Shown here piece after piece: positions 1 to 9,104 of a stretch of DNA of 61,686 nt. A model generated the notes under the pieces. That model ran no database searches. It saw only the letters and a list, made by a program, of their open reading frames with translations, and was not told the origin of the DNA. A program made the position numbers and the translations under genes. Origin of the DNA: Alphaproteobacteria bacterium (lineage in GTDB: Bacteria > Pseudomonadota > Alphaproteobacteria > Sphingomonadales > Sphingomonadaceae). The DNA is taken from NCBI GenBank assembly GCA_030431435.1, contig JAUIJI010000001.1, forward strand, positions 1 through 61,686. The letters are read 5' to 3'. Every line of letters starts with the position of its first letter. The stretch's first letter is position 1.

Positions 1-310
1 TCTGCTGGATAAGCTTGACCTGGCTTTCCTGGAGGACCTTCATGCCCTCCATGGTTTCCTTCATCTTGTCGACGTTCTCGTTCTTCTTGACGAGGCTCTG
101 CCGTTTCTTGCTGCCGGCACTGATCATGCCGGACTTGAGCTCGGCGCGACGGTCGTTGAGCGACTTGACGCGCTTGGCCATCGGATCCTTCACGGTCACC
201 GCGGCATAGATGGCCAGCAGCACCGCAAGGGCGGCCAGGCCTGCCAGCAGCGTGCCGACAAGGATTACGTCAACGCCGAGAAGGGTTGGTCCGGGAGCGG
301 GGGCGATCAT
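1..310 (-). CDS. tadC: Tad pilus inner-membrane platform protein TadC (T2SS F family); N-terminal part only, runs off the window edge
   Basis: Not in the ORF track. ATG at 310 after an AGGAAGGA SD. Reads MIAPAPGPTLLGVDVILVGTLLAGLAALAVLLAIYAAVTVKDPMAKRVKSL..., open to position 1. Directly follows tadB. Confidence 0.85.
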   Translation of the reverse strand, partial: MIAPAPGPTLLGVDVILVGTLLAGLAALAVLLAIYAAVTVKDPMAKRVKSLNDRRAELKSGMISAGSKKRQSLVKKNENVDKMKETMEGMKVLQESQVKLIQQ

Positions 311-329
311 GATGTTTGTCCTTCCTCGC

Positions 330-1301
330 TCAGATTTCGAAGCTGACCATCTTGGCCATGATAAAGCCGCCGATGCTCATCCATACCATCGCGCCGAGAC
401 CGGCCACCATCAGGCGTTCATCAAGGAAGAAGCCGCCGATATAGTCCGGGTTGATCCAGTAGATCATGCCGAACACGATGAAGGGCAGGCTGCCCACGAT
501 ATAGGCCGAAGCCTTGGATTCAGACGACATCGCCTTGACCTTGAGCTTCATTTGCGAACGCTTGCGCAGCACGTCGGCGAGGTTGGCGAGCGTTTCTGCC
601 AGGTTGCCGCCAGTCTCGCGCTGGATCGCCAGCGTGATCACGAAGAACTGGAATTCTGCAGTGCCAAGCTTGTTGGCCGTTTCCTGCAGCGCCTCCTCCA
701 TGGTCCGGCCGATCTTGATGCGCTCCACCGCAGCACGGAATTCGGCACCTACCGGTCCGGGCACTTCGCCAGCCACCACGGCAAGCGTTTCCGCCACCGG
801 AAGGCCGGAGCGCAGACCGCGCACGATCAGCTCGATACCGTCCGGGAACTTGGCGTTGAAGTTGTTGGTGCGGCGGTTGATCAGGAATTTCACCACCAGA
901 TGCGGCAGGCCTGCGCCGATTAGTATGCCCACGCCCAGCGCAAGCAGGGCGGCACCGGTCTGCAGATAGACGAGCGCGGTTATGGCCAGGATCAGGCCGA
1001 GCGTGCCGTAGAAATACTGCATTACCGACCAGCCCATGCCCGTCCGGTCGAGCCTGATGGCCAGGGCAGCGATACGCGAGTTGGCACCGGGGGAGGAGAA
1101 TTGCTTGGGCTTGCGGGCAGCGATTGCCTTCTTCAGCTGCGATTCCACGCGGTCCTTTGTGCTTTCCGAATGGCGCCCGCGCACGGTGTTGAGCCGCCGC
1201 TGGACTTCCTTGCCTGCGGAAGGGCCAGCCACCAGCAGGTACCCCAGGATCAGCAGACCCATGATACCGCCGCTCACTAACAGAAGCTGGATAATGTCCA
1301 T
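330..1301 (-). CDS. tadB: Tad pilus assembly protein TadB (T2SS F family)
   Basis: FPDGIELIVRGLRSGLP and IQRETGGNLAETLANLA motifs, TM segments, tad cluster context. Confidence 0.93.
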   Translation of the reverse strand: MDIIQLLLVSGGIMGLLILGYLLVAGPSAGKEVQRRLNTVRGRHSESTKDRVESQLKKAIAARKPKQFSSPGANSRIAALAIRLDRTGMGWSVMQYFYGTLGLILAITALVYLQTGAALLALGVGILIGAGLPHLVVKFLINRRTNNFNAKFPDGIELIVRGLRSGLPVAETLAVVAGEVPGPVGAEFRAAVERIKIGRTMEEALQETANKLGTAEFQFFVITLAIQRETGGNLAETLANLADVLRKRSQMKLKVKAMSSESKASAYIVGSLPFIVFGMIYWINPDYIGGFFLDERLMVAGLGAMVWMSIGGFIMAKMVSFEI

Positions 1302-1339
1302 GTCTTGCCCTTGCTTTCTTCCAGACCCGTTCGGTCGGC

Positions 1340-1365
1340 TGACCGGGGTCCGCGGACCCCGGTCA
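1340..1365. repeat. Perfect 26-bp palindrome between cpaE and tadB
   Basis: TGACCGGGGTCCGCGGACCCCGGTCA equals its own reverse complement. Confidence 0.95.
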
Positions 1366-1376
1366 AGACCGCCTCG

Positions 1377-2669
1377 TTACTCGGCAGGCTCTGCCGGCTC
1401 TTCCTTGCGCTTCTTGGAACCGAGCATCGCCTTGAGGTCGAAACTGCCGAGCAGAGATTTGCTCTTGCTCGATTCCTGCAGGCTTGCCCCGTCATCATCA
1501 CCGGCGCCGACAATGGCATTGGCGATCGATTCGATGGCGACTGTGGCCTTGGAGTTCTTGTTGGCTTCAGCGAAGGTCTGGCCCAGCTTGGCAGCGTTTA
1601 CTGCGGCCTTCTGGTCGTACGGGATCATGAAGTTGATCTTGCGTTCGATAGACGTTTCGAAGTCGGCCTTGCTGATCTCGCTGCCGCCGGCCTGCACCTT
1701 GTTGCACACGATCATCGGCGTGGCGCCCGGTGCATTGGTCTTGAGCCAGGACAGGATGCGGATCGTGTCGCGCGCCGAAGCCAGCGTCAGCTCGGTCACG
1801 AGTGTCACCACATTCACTTCTGTCAGCAGGTGAGGGAAGTTGATCAGCATGTTGCGCGGAAGGTCGATCACCGTCATGTCGAAGGCATGGCGGAATTCTT
1901 CCTCCAGCTGCATGAATGCAGTGCCATCGGTCATCAGCGGCGAATTGATCGGCGCTTCAGCACTCATCAGGGCAAGCTTGTCATTCGCGCGGATCATTGC
2001 GCGTTCGATGAACAGGCCGTCGATACGGCTGGGGTTCTCGATCGCGTCGGTCAGGCCGCGGCCCGGCTCCAGATCAAGCGAAAGCGCGCCCGTGCCGAAA
2101 TGCACGTCGAGATCGAGCAGCGCGGTGGAGCGTTCGTGCTGAGTGGCAAAGAGCCACGCCATCGAGGTGACAAGGGTAGAGGCACCCACGCCGCCGCGTG
2201 TTCCCACCACAGCGGTCGCCACATGCGGCCGCTCGCCATCGCCATCGGCATGCTTTGGCGCCGAGAAGACAGACTGGGCGGCAGTCAGCGCATCGCGCAG
2301 CTGGCCAGCGGAAAGCGGCTTCAGCAGGTAGTCATGGATGCCGCTGGATACGAGATCCCGATAGAGGCGGACATCGTTGACCTGACCCATGGCAATCACC
2401 ACGGTGCCCGGTTCGCAAACTTCAGCCAGCGCGTTGATGTCGTTCAGCGGATCGCCGCTTTCCGACAGGTCGACCAGCAGGATCGCGGGGCTAGCCGTGA
2501 TCGACAGGGCCTGCACTGCATTGCGCAGGCCGCCCTTGTTGCACTTCTCGGGCTGCCAGCCCATTTCCACTGCCACCGGACGCAGCACTTCGAGTGCGGC
2601 TTCGTCGCAGACATAGGCGGCAAAGGGATCGCGGCTGCTTGCAGCACCTGATTTGAACGGAGAATTCAT
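1377..2669 (-). CDS. cpaE: Pilus assembly protein CpaE/TadZ (receiver-like domain plus MinD/ParA-like ATPase)
   Basis: N-terminal pseudo-receiver (GIHDYLLKP), deviant Walker A GTRGGVGAST, LLDLDVHFG. Confidence 0.93.
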   Translation of the reverse strand: MNSPFKSGAASSRDPFAAYVCDEAALEVLRPVAVEMGWQPEKCNKGGLRNAVQALSITASPAILLVDLSESGDPLNDINALAEVCEPGTVVIAMGQVNDVRLYRDLVSSGIHDYLLKPLSAGQLRDALTAAQSVFSAPKHADGDGERPHVATAVVGTRGGVGASTLVTSMAWLFATQHERSTALLDLDVHFGTGALSLDLEPGRGLTDAIENPSRIDGLFIERAMIRANDKLALMSAEAPINSPLMTDGTAFMQLEEEFRHAFDMTVIDLPRNMLINFPHLLTEVNVVTLVTELTLASARDTIRILSWLKTNAPGATPMIVCNKVQAGGSEISKADFETSIERKINFMIPYDQKAAVNAAKLGQTFAEANKNSKATVAIESIANAIVGAGDDDGASLQESSKSKSLLGSFDLKAMLGSKKRKEEPAEPAE

Positions 2670-2672
2670 GTC

Positions 2673-3329
2673 TTAGCTCCCCTGGCTGGATACGGCGGTC
2701 AGGCCGCCACTGCCGGTCGGCGGCGCGTCACGATAGGATTCGATGGCCTTGGTAGAGCTCATCACAGTTGTATCACCGGTGCCTTCCGCACCTTCGAGAA
2801 GGTGTTCCGGATCAGCGATCATCGCGGCGAGGTTGCTGTTGACCGAGCAGCCGTAGCCGGGAGACGTGGTGTTACCGAGGTTGCCATTGGTCTTGTCAGA
2901 CCAGTTGGGGCAATTGGGCACATGCGCCGTGGAACGGGTCACCACAACGCGGACGTTGCCGGGATCGACATAGCCGGTGGTTACAGGTGCGCCGTCCTGA
3001 AGCAGCAGGCCATAGCGGCCCGCGATGGCAGCCACGTCATCGCGAACAGCCGCGCTGGCCATCGGATCGTCAATGGCGATGCGATCGCCGTAGCCAACGT
3101 CCAGTGTAGCGAACCAGTCGTTCAGGCGAGCCTGCTCGGGAACGGTCAGGCCGCTGGTGCTGGCCATCACGTCCATGGTGAAGTTGGTGCGTTCGACCAC
3201 CGGCTGGTTATAGCTGTTAAGCGAGTGGTTGTTGTTCGGTCCGGTGCTGCCCGTGCTGCAAGCAGCAAGGCCTGCGGCAAGCGAGATGGCGAGTGCCGCT
3301 TTGGCTGTATGTTTCATGTGGAAGGTCAT
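2673..3329 (-). CDS. cpaD: Pilus assembly lipoprotein CpaD
   Basis: Lipobox LAAC, CPNWS and GCSVNSNLAAMIADPEHL motifs. ATG at 3329 after a GAGAGG SD; 3317 is an alternative start. Confidence 0.9.
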   Translation of the reverse strand: MTFHMKHTAKAALAISLAAGLAACSTGSTGPNNNHSLNSYNQPVVERTNFTMDVMASTSGLTVPEQARLNDWFATLDVGYGDRIAIDDPMASAAVRDDVAAIAGRYGLLLQDGAPVTTGYVDPGNVRVVVTRSTAHVPNCPNWSDKTNGNLGNTTSPGYGCSVNSNLAAMIADPEHLLEGAEGTGDTTVMSSTKAIESYRDAPPTGSGGLTAVSSQGS

Positions 3330-3343
3330 GTCTCTCACCTCTC

Positions 3344-4933
3344 TCAGTTCAGGCTGAAGCCGGGAGTGGCAGCAGCGGCGGTTCGTTCATCGGCACCATC
3401 CGCCTGCTCGCCTTCGGCCAGGGCCTCGCCAGCCTGTTCGTTCAGGCTGACAGAGGGATTGGCCGGTGCGGGCTGCGCAGCGCGCGGCATCGGGCGCTCG
3501 CCACCGCTCTCGCCATTGTGGCGGCGGTTGAGCAGGAACTGCTCGGCAGCGGTGGGGGCGTTGAAGCCATCGGTCGGCAGGCGGATCTCGCGATCGCTCA
3601 CCGGCTCAACCAGATACGGTGTCACAACGATGACCAGCTCGGTTTCGCCGCGACGGAAATCGGTCGAGCGGAACAGGTTGCCGATGATGGGGATTTCACC
3701 CACGCCCGGCGCACGATCAATCGTGTTGTTCGCATTGGAGGAGAGCAGGCCGGCGATCATGAAGCTCTGGCCGGAGCCGAGCTCGATGGTCGTTTCCGCG
3801 CGGCGGATCGTCAGCGCCGGGATCGAGAAGCCGTTCAGCGTCACGGCACCCTGCGTGGAAAGTTCGGACACTTCCGGGCGGACGCGCAGCGAAATGCGGC
3901 CGTTGGAAAGCACCGTGGGCGAGTAAGCCAGGCTGACGCCGTAGTTCTTGTACTCGATCGTGGTCGTGCCCAGGCCCTGCGACAGCGGGATCGGGAACTC
4001 ACCACCGGCAAGGAACTCGGCGGTTTCGCCCGACAGTGCAGTCAGGTTGGGCTGGGCCAGCGTGGTGACCAGGCCTTCACGTTCGGCCATGTCCAGCGCC
4101 CCGGCAATATCCATGCCCAGGAAGCGACCGATGCCGCCCAGTGTCGTCGCGCCGCTAACCGGCGTGATGCTGGTGCCCGGCACCTGGATGAACTGACCCG
4201 GATTGTTCGGATCGGGAATAGTCACCGTCACTTCGTTTCCGACACCGATTGCGGTATTCGGGGCAACGGTGCTGGCAAAGCCGGGACGGCCCTGGCCGAT
4301 ACCGAACTGGAAGCCGCCGGTGCTGTCGATCGTCGTCAGGTTGGCGCCAAGGGTCCGGACAAGCGAACGGCTGACCTCGGCGAAGCGCACCCGCAGGTTG
4401 ACCTGCAGCGGCGTTGCCATGCGCAGACGGCTGATCACGTTCTGGTCTTCGCCTACGAAGGCGGACACAAGGCGCTCGGCCTCGGCTGCATCTTCGGGAG
4501 CAGCGACCGTGCCGGTCAGCAGCACCGTGTTGGTGCCCATGGTGGCAACGCTGATTTCCGCTTCCGGCATGGCCAGCGCCAGCATCTGGTCGACGCTGTC
4601 GATGTTGGAACCGACGCGCACATTGGCGGACCAGATGATGTCGCCGGCAGCGTTGCTGGCATAGATCGTGGTTTCACCACCGGCGAGGCCGAAGACAAAC
4701 AGCTGGCGCTGCGACTTCACCTGCACATCGGCGACATTTTCATTGGCCACGAAGATGTCGCTCATGTTGCCGGGTACCGTGATCAGCTCACCGCGACCGA
4801 TCGACAGGACGATATCCTGCGCCGGGCTGACGATGGAGGACGACTGGGCCTGGGCCGTTCCAGCCGGAACGGCAGCCAGCGGTGCCAGCGCACATGCAGC
4901 GGTCAGCACGGTCTTGAGAATGCGGCTTTGCAT
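3344..4933 (-). CDS. cpaC: Tad secretin CpaC/RcpA
   Basis: QVNLRVRFAEVSR, FLAGGEFPIP, IPIIGNLFRSTDFRRGETELVIVVTPYLV. Start placed at MQSRILK, which is followed by a signal peptide; the ORF is open to 5011. Confidence 0.93.
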   Translation of the reverse strand: MQSRILKTVLTAACALAPLAAVPAGTAQAQSSSIVSPAQDIVLSIGRGELITVPGNMSDIFVANENVADVQVKSQRQLFVFGLAGGETTIYASNAAGDIIWSANVRVGSNIDSVDQMLALAMPEAEISVATMGTNTVLLTGTVAAPEDAAEAERLVSAFVGEDQNVISRLRMATPLQVNLRVRFAEVSRSLVRTLGANLTTIDSTGGFQFGIGQGRPGFASTVAPNTAIGVGNEVTVTIPDPNNPGQFIQVPGTSITPVSGATTLGGIGRFLGMDIAGALDMAEREGLVTTLAQPNLTALSGETAEFLAGGEFPIPLSQGLGTTTIEYKNYGVSLAYSPTVLSNGRISLRVRPEVSELSTQGAVTLNGFSIPALTIRRAETTIELGSGQSFMIAGLLSSNANNTIDRAPGVGEIPIIGNLFRSTDFRRGETELVIVVTPYLVEPVSDREIRLPTDGFNAPTAAEQFLLNRRHNGESGGERPMPRAAQPAPANPSVSLNEQAGEALAEGEQADGADERTAAAATPGFSLN

Positions 4934-5007
4934 TGTCTTGCCCCTAGATTTGGATCCGACGAGCTGTGCGGACCTGAAATGAGATGTTGCGTTCTGGTTC
5001 ATGGAGA

Positions 5008-6108
5008 TCACCGCACGGTTCCGCGGCCGTCGGCAGCAACTGCGCCACCGCGTCCTGCGGTTTCTCCCTGGCGATCAAGGATGCGCCCGGCGCCGGTATC
5101 GACAGGCACGTCCTGCGTGGTCTTGCCGCGAGTGACGCGCACGGTCGGTCCCGAAGGAGCAGCCGGAGCGGCCGGAGCGGCGAAGCCCTGAGCTGCGGGT
5201 GCTGTCATGTTCGGTGCCGGAGCGGTGTTGTTTTCCGGAGCAAGCGTGCGGCGCTGGAAGCGCGACACATCGCCACCGGTCACGAAAGTGGTCGGGCCAT
5301 CCTGCGGGCGGGACACCGCCTGGCGCAGGAAGTGCTCTTCCTCTTCCGGCGAAGCACCTTCAGGCAGCTCAATCTCGCCAGCGGCAATCGCGCGCTCCAG
5401 TTCGGCCTGGTTGTCAGCAATCGAACGCAGGGCGATCGACAGCGTACCAAGCGTCTGGGCGACGGCGATCTTCTCGGCGATGCGCGGAGTGGATTCCAGC
5501 GTCACTGTGCGGAATGCGCGCACAACGGTGCGGCCATCGTCGGTGGTGGTGGTTTCGGTCGACTGGTCAGTTGCCAGCACGCGCAGGTTGGTCAGGATCG
5601 TTTCCGAAGCGCGCAGTCCGCCACCTTCGCCGCCCACTGCCTGGGTCAGCACCAGGTCGATGCGGTCACCCGGGAAGACGAAGCCGGCCACACCCGTGCG
5701 GGCAGACACCGGAATGGTCACGGCGCGCATGCCCGGGCCAAGCGCCGCAGCAAGGAAGCCGCGATCGCCGGGAGCAACAAGCGAACCCTGCGTAACCGGC
5801 TCACCAGCGGTGATCTGGTGGCGCACCACGGTGCCCAGCAGCAGTTCCATGTTGGCTTCACCATCGATGAAGTAGGCGTCCTGCACCAGTTCTTCAGGCC
5901 ACAGCTGATAGCCGATGGCATCAGCGGTAACGATGGTGCCAACCGGCAGGTTGCGCTTCGACACCAGCACCTTCGGCCCTTGGGGCTCGACCGGTGCGGC
6001 TTCTGCTTCAGGCGTTGCAGCGCCGGCGAACATGCTCCGGGCAGCAAGTGCTGTCCCGATCGCAACGACCAGCGCAGCTACCAGCAGAATGAGCTTCTTT
6101 TTATCCAT
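5008..6108 (-). CDS. cpaB: Flp pilus assembly protein CpaB/RcpC
   Basis: N-terminal TM, SAF domain, GMRAVTIPV...GVAGFVFPGDRIDLVLT. Confidence 0.93.
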   Translation of the reverse strand: MDKKKLILLVAALVVAIGTALAARSMFAGAATPEAEAAPVEPQGPKVLVSKRNLPVGTIVTADAIGYQLWPEELVQDAYFIDGEANMELLLGTVVRHQITAGEPVTQGSLVAPGDRGFLAAALGPGMRAVTIPVSARTGVAGFVFPGDRIDLVLTQAVGGEGGGLRASETILTNLRVLATDQSTETTTTDDGRTVVRAFRTVTLESTPRIAEKIAVAQTLGTLSIALRSIADNQAELERAIAAGEIELPEGASPEEEEHFLRQAVSRPQDGPTTFVTGGDVSRFQRRTLAPENNTAPAPNMTAPAAQGFAAPAAPAAPSGPTVRVTRGKTTQDVPVDTGAGRILDRQGETAGRGGAVAADGRGTVR

Positions 6109-6182
6109 GGTGCTTCAAGCCCCCTTAGAATCCTTTGCGGAGTGATTTCACCGGCATAAGGCGTGATTGGTTAAAATGAGGT

Positions 6183-6674
6183 TCACCCGGCGAGTTTCGG
6201 GATGGCGGACGCCGGGACGTAGAACGATGCGATCACCCAGATGCCCGCGGCAGCGATGGCCACGCCGTATGGAATGGCGATCTTCTCGCGGCGGCGGCGC
6301 ATCAGGTACCAGCCGCCGAAGACGAGGGTCAGCAAGCCTCCCAGCAGGGCCATCATGATCAGCAGGTTGAGGAAATGTGCAGGCGCGATCCACAATGCCA
6401 GCGCGGTGAGCAGCTTGACGTCACCGCCACCCATGGCGCGCAGTGCGAACAGGATAGAGAGGCCAAAGAAGGTCACCACGGCGAGGCCGAGCTGGATGGC
6501 GACATCGGGCCACAAGGCCATGTCCGTCGCCCACCAGAAAACCGGCGCACCCAGTGCGATGGCGCCATTCAGCCAGTTGGCGATCTTGCGGCTCTTGAGA
6601 TCGGTGAAGGCAGCAACGAGGAGCGCGATTGCCAAGGCGGCAAGCAGTCCGTACTTGATTGGATCGTCCAGCAT
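6183..6674 (-). CDS. cpaA: Prepilin peptidase CpaA/TadV (A24 family)
   Basis: AFTDLKSRKIAN, MGGGDVKL and IPYGVAI motifs; multi-TM. Confidence 0.93.
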   Translation of the reverse strand: MLDDPIKYGLLAALAIALLVAAFTDLKSRKIANWLNGAIALGAPVFWWATDMALWPDVAIQLGLAVVTFFGLSILFALRAMGGGDVKLLTALALWIAPAHFLNLLIMMALLGGLLTLVFGGWYLMRRRREKIAIPYGVAIAAAGIWVIASFYVPASAIPKLAG

Positions 6675-6759
6675 TCGAAAATTCCCCGAAGGTTCCCCTT
6701 GGATTTCGACTGCTACCGGACATCACTTACCAAATAGTAACCAAGGGCAGGAGGCTGGT

Positions 6760-7740
6760 ATTCATCACACTGGGCAGGAAGGCGCGGCAGGGTTTGACCG
6801 CAGGGCCATTCCCGCAGGTGCGGTAGAGGGCCGCTGGCTGGCGGCTGACGGGCACGCGATCCGCCATATCGAATGGCCTGCGCCGCCCGAGGTCGCGGAT
6901 TTGCGCGGCTCGATCCTGTTCATGCCGGGGCGCGGCGATGCCTATGAGAAATATCTCGAGACCTTCGAGCACTGGCGCTTGCAGGGCTGGCAAGTCACCG
7001 CAGCGGACTGGCGCGGGCAAGCGGCATCGGGTCGCCTCGGGGATGACTCCGTTACCGGCCATATAGATGATTTTGCGTTGTGGGTGGCTGACCTCGCTGC
7101 TTTCTGGAGCGAGTGGGCCAAGGGTCGCCAGGGCAAGCTTGTCCTTGCCGGACATTCGATGGGCGGGCATCTCGTGCTGCGCGCGGCGGCGGAAAAGGTG
7201 CTGATGCCAGCGCCGGACGCGCTGGTGCTATCGGCGCCGATGCTGGGTACGCATCCCCTGTTTATCCCGTTGTGGCTGCAGGAAGCCTCGGCCCGGTTGA
7301 TGACCATGATTGGCGATCCGCGCCGCCCGGCATGGAAATGGAGCGAAAAGCCGGGACAGCTGCCGGTGGGCCGGCAAACCCTGCTGACGCATGACGATGA
7401 TCGCTATGCCGACGAAGGCTGGTGGCGCGAGCAGCGGCCTGAAATCGTCATGGGCCCGGGCAGCTGGGGCTGGGTGCTGGCTGCCACAAGGTCGATGCGC
7501 CTGCTGGAGGACCCCGAATTGCTCGGGCAAGTGGAAATGCCGGTATTCCTGCTTTCCACGCGCGCCGACATGCTGGTATCGGCCCCGGCCAGCCGCCATG
7601 CTGCTCGCCATATTCCCGATTGCGAGCTGTTCGAGATGGGAAAGGAAGCCGCCCATGAAATCCTGCGCGAGGCTGATCCGGTGCGCCTCCGGGCGCTGGC
7701 AGCCATTGACGCTTTCCTTGGCAGGATCGCTGCCCATTGA
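6760..7740 (+). CDS. Alpha/beta hydrolase, lysophospholipase (PldB-like); start uncertain, probably ATT at 6760
   Basis: PGRGDAYEKY, DWRGQ, nucleophile elbow GHSMGG, HEILRE. The ORF-track start at 6241 overlaps cpaA in antisense and is implausible. Confidence 0.85.
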   Translation: MHHTGQEGAAGFDRRAIPAGAVEGRWLAADGHAIRHIEWPAPPEVADLRGSILFMPGRGDAYEKYLETFEHWRLQGWQVTAADWRGQAASGRLGDDSVTGHIDDFALWVADLAAFWSEWAKGRQGKLVLAGHSMGGHLVLRAAAEKVLMPAPDALVLSAPMLGTHPLFIPLWLQEASARLMTMIGDPRRPAWKWSEKPGQLPVGRQTLLTHDDDRYADEGWWREQRPEIVMGPGSWGWVLAATRSMRLLEDPELLGQVEMPVFLLSTRADMLVSAPASRHAARHIPDCELFEMGKEAAHEILREADPVRLRALAAIDAFLGRIAAH

Positions 7741-8834
7741 GTGAACGTTTCGACATTGTCGTGATCGGGGCCGGGATGGCTGGCGCCAGTATAGCTGCGG
7801 AACTGGCGCCGCATGCCAGCGTGCTGCTTGCCGAGGCAGAGAGCATGCCCGGCTACCATGCGACCGGCCGCTCCGCTGCGTTCTGGGATGAATGCTATGG
7901 CGGGCCGGGCGTGGTACCGCTCACGCTCGCCTCAGGTCCGTGGTTTCGCGAGGGCGGGTTCCTGCGCCAACGCGGAGCGCTGCATCTCGCTACAGCAGAG
8001 CAACTGGACCTGCTCGACCGTTTCGAACGCGATTTTGCCGACACCGGCGTCTCTATTGCCCGGCTCGATCGTGATCAGATGGAGCAACGCGTGGCTGGCC
8101 TGCTCCCGTGCTGGGAGGGGGCAATAGCGGAAGCGCACTGCGCCGATATCGACGTGGGGGCGGTGCATCAGCATTATCTGGCGCTGGCGAAGCGGCGCGG
8201 AACTGTGCTGCGCAATGGTCTCCGGCTGGCAAAGGCAGGGCATGGCGGCAGAGGCTGGCAGCTTGGCTTTGCCAATGGCCAGCAGGTAACCTGCGATACG
8301 CTGGTCAATGCAGCCGGAGCCTGGGCTGATCCCGTGGCGCAGCTGGCTGGTGTGGTGCCGCTCGGCATCACGCCATATCGCCGTACCGTGGTGCAATTGC
8401 GCGTCGATCCCGCGCCTGATCCGGACTTGCCGCTGGTGCTCGGCATCGATGGCTCGTTCTACTTCAAGCCCGAGAACGGTCGCCTGTGGCTCAGCCCGCA
8501 TGATGAGACGCCCAGCCCGCCATGCGATGCCGCGGCGGAGGAGATCGACGTGGCGCGCGCGGTGGACCGACTGGAACAGGTGGTCGATTGGCGGGTGCAG
8601 GCGCTGGAGCGCAAATGGGCGGGCTTGCGCAGCTTCGCGCCCGACCGTCTGCCTGTCTATGGCCGCGATGCGCGCCAGCCTGCCTTCTTCTGGTTTGCAG
8701 GGCAGGGCGGCTTCGGCATCCAGACCGCTCCGGCAGCGGCGCGGCTGGGGGCGCAATTGCTGCTCGGCCATGATCGCGACGCGATGACGCGGGATATCAA
8801 TGCTGCGCGTTACAATCCTGAACGCTTTTCCTAG
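7737..8834 (+). CDS. FAD-dependent oxidoreductase (DAO/glycine oxidase-like)
   Basis: VIGAGMAG Rossmann motif, VNAAGAWAD, WAGLRSFAPD, GQGGFGIQTAPA. TTG start overlaps the upstream stop. Confidence 0.88.
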   Translation: MSERFDIVVIGAGMAGASIAAELAPHASVLLAEAESMPGYHATGRSAAFWDECYGGPGVVPLTLASGPWFREGGFLRQRGALHLATAEQLDLLDRFERDFADTGVSIARLDRDQMEQRVAGLLPCWEGAIAEAHCADIDVGAVHQHYLALAKRRGTVLRNGLRLAKAGHGGRGWQLGFANGQQVTCDTLVNAAGAWADPVAQLAGVVPLGITPYRRTVVQLRVDPAPDPDLPLVLGIDGSFYFKPENGRLWLSPHDETPSPPCDAAAEEIDVARAVDRLEQVVDWRVQALERKWAGLRSFAPDRLPVYGRDARQPAFFWFAGQGGFGIQTAPAAARLGAQLLLGHDRDAMTRDINAARYNPERFS

Positions 8835-8895
8835 CCAAACAGGCGGAAGGCGTTAGGTTCGAAGTTCGAATCAATCTGACGGAAGGAGATGGCCG

Positions 8896-9072
8896 ATGGC
8901 TCACAAGTTTGAAATCTACAAGGACAAGGCAGACGAATACCGCGTCCGCTTCAGCTACAATTCCGAAGTGATGTTCTCCACCCAGGGCTACTCGTCCAAG
9001 GCGAGCGCGGAAAACGCGATCGCTTCGATCAAGAAGAACGGCCCGGACGCGCCGATCGAAGACAACAGCTGA
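8896..9072 (+). CDS. YegP/DUF1508 (UPF0339) family small protein, 58 aa
   Basis: Below the ORF-track cutoff. AAGGAG SD. Reads MAHKFEIYKDKADEYRVRFSYNSEVMFSTQGYSSKASAENAIASIKKNGPDAPIEDNS. Confidence 0.88.
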   Translation: MAHKFEIYKDKADEYRVRFSYNSEVMFSTQGYSSKASAENAIASIKKNGPDAPIEDNS

Positions 9073-9104
9073 TCTGAAACGTCAGCGGGGACGCGACGCG
9101 CGTC

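Noticed and set aside
4934-5011. 26-aa N-terminal extension of CpaC coupled to the cpaB stop
   Set aside because: The signal peptide and a GGGG SD fit ATG 4933 better; the upstream start cannot be excluded, but I see no supporting evidence
5157-5182. 9-bp repeats in cpaB
   Set aside because: Ordinary Ala/Pro linker
1305-6159. Long plus-strand ORFs (448, 374, 632, 391 aa)
   Set aside because: Antisense to cpaE/D/C/B, which carry clear family motifs
6241-6759. 173-aa N-terminal extension of the hydrolase given by the ORF track
   Set aside because: Overlaps cpaA in antisense; low-information sequence
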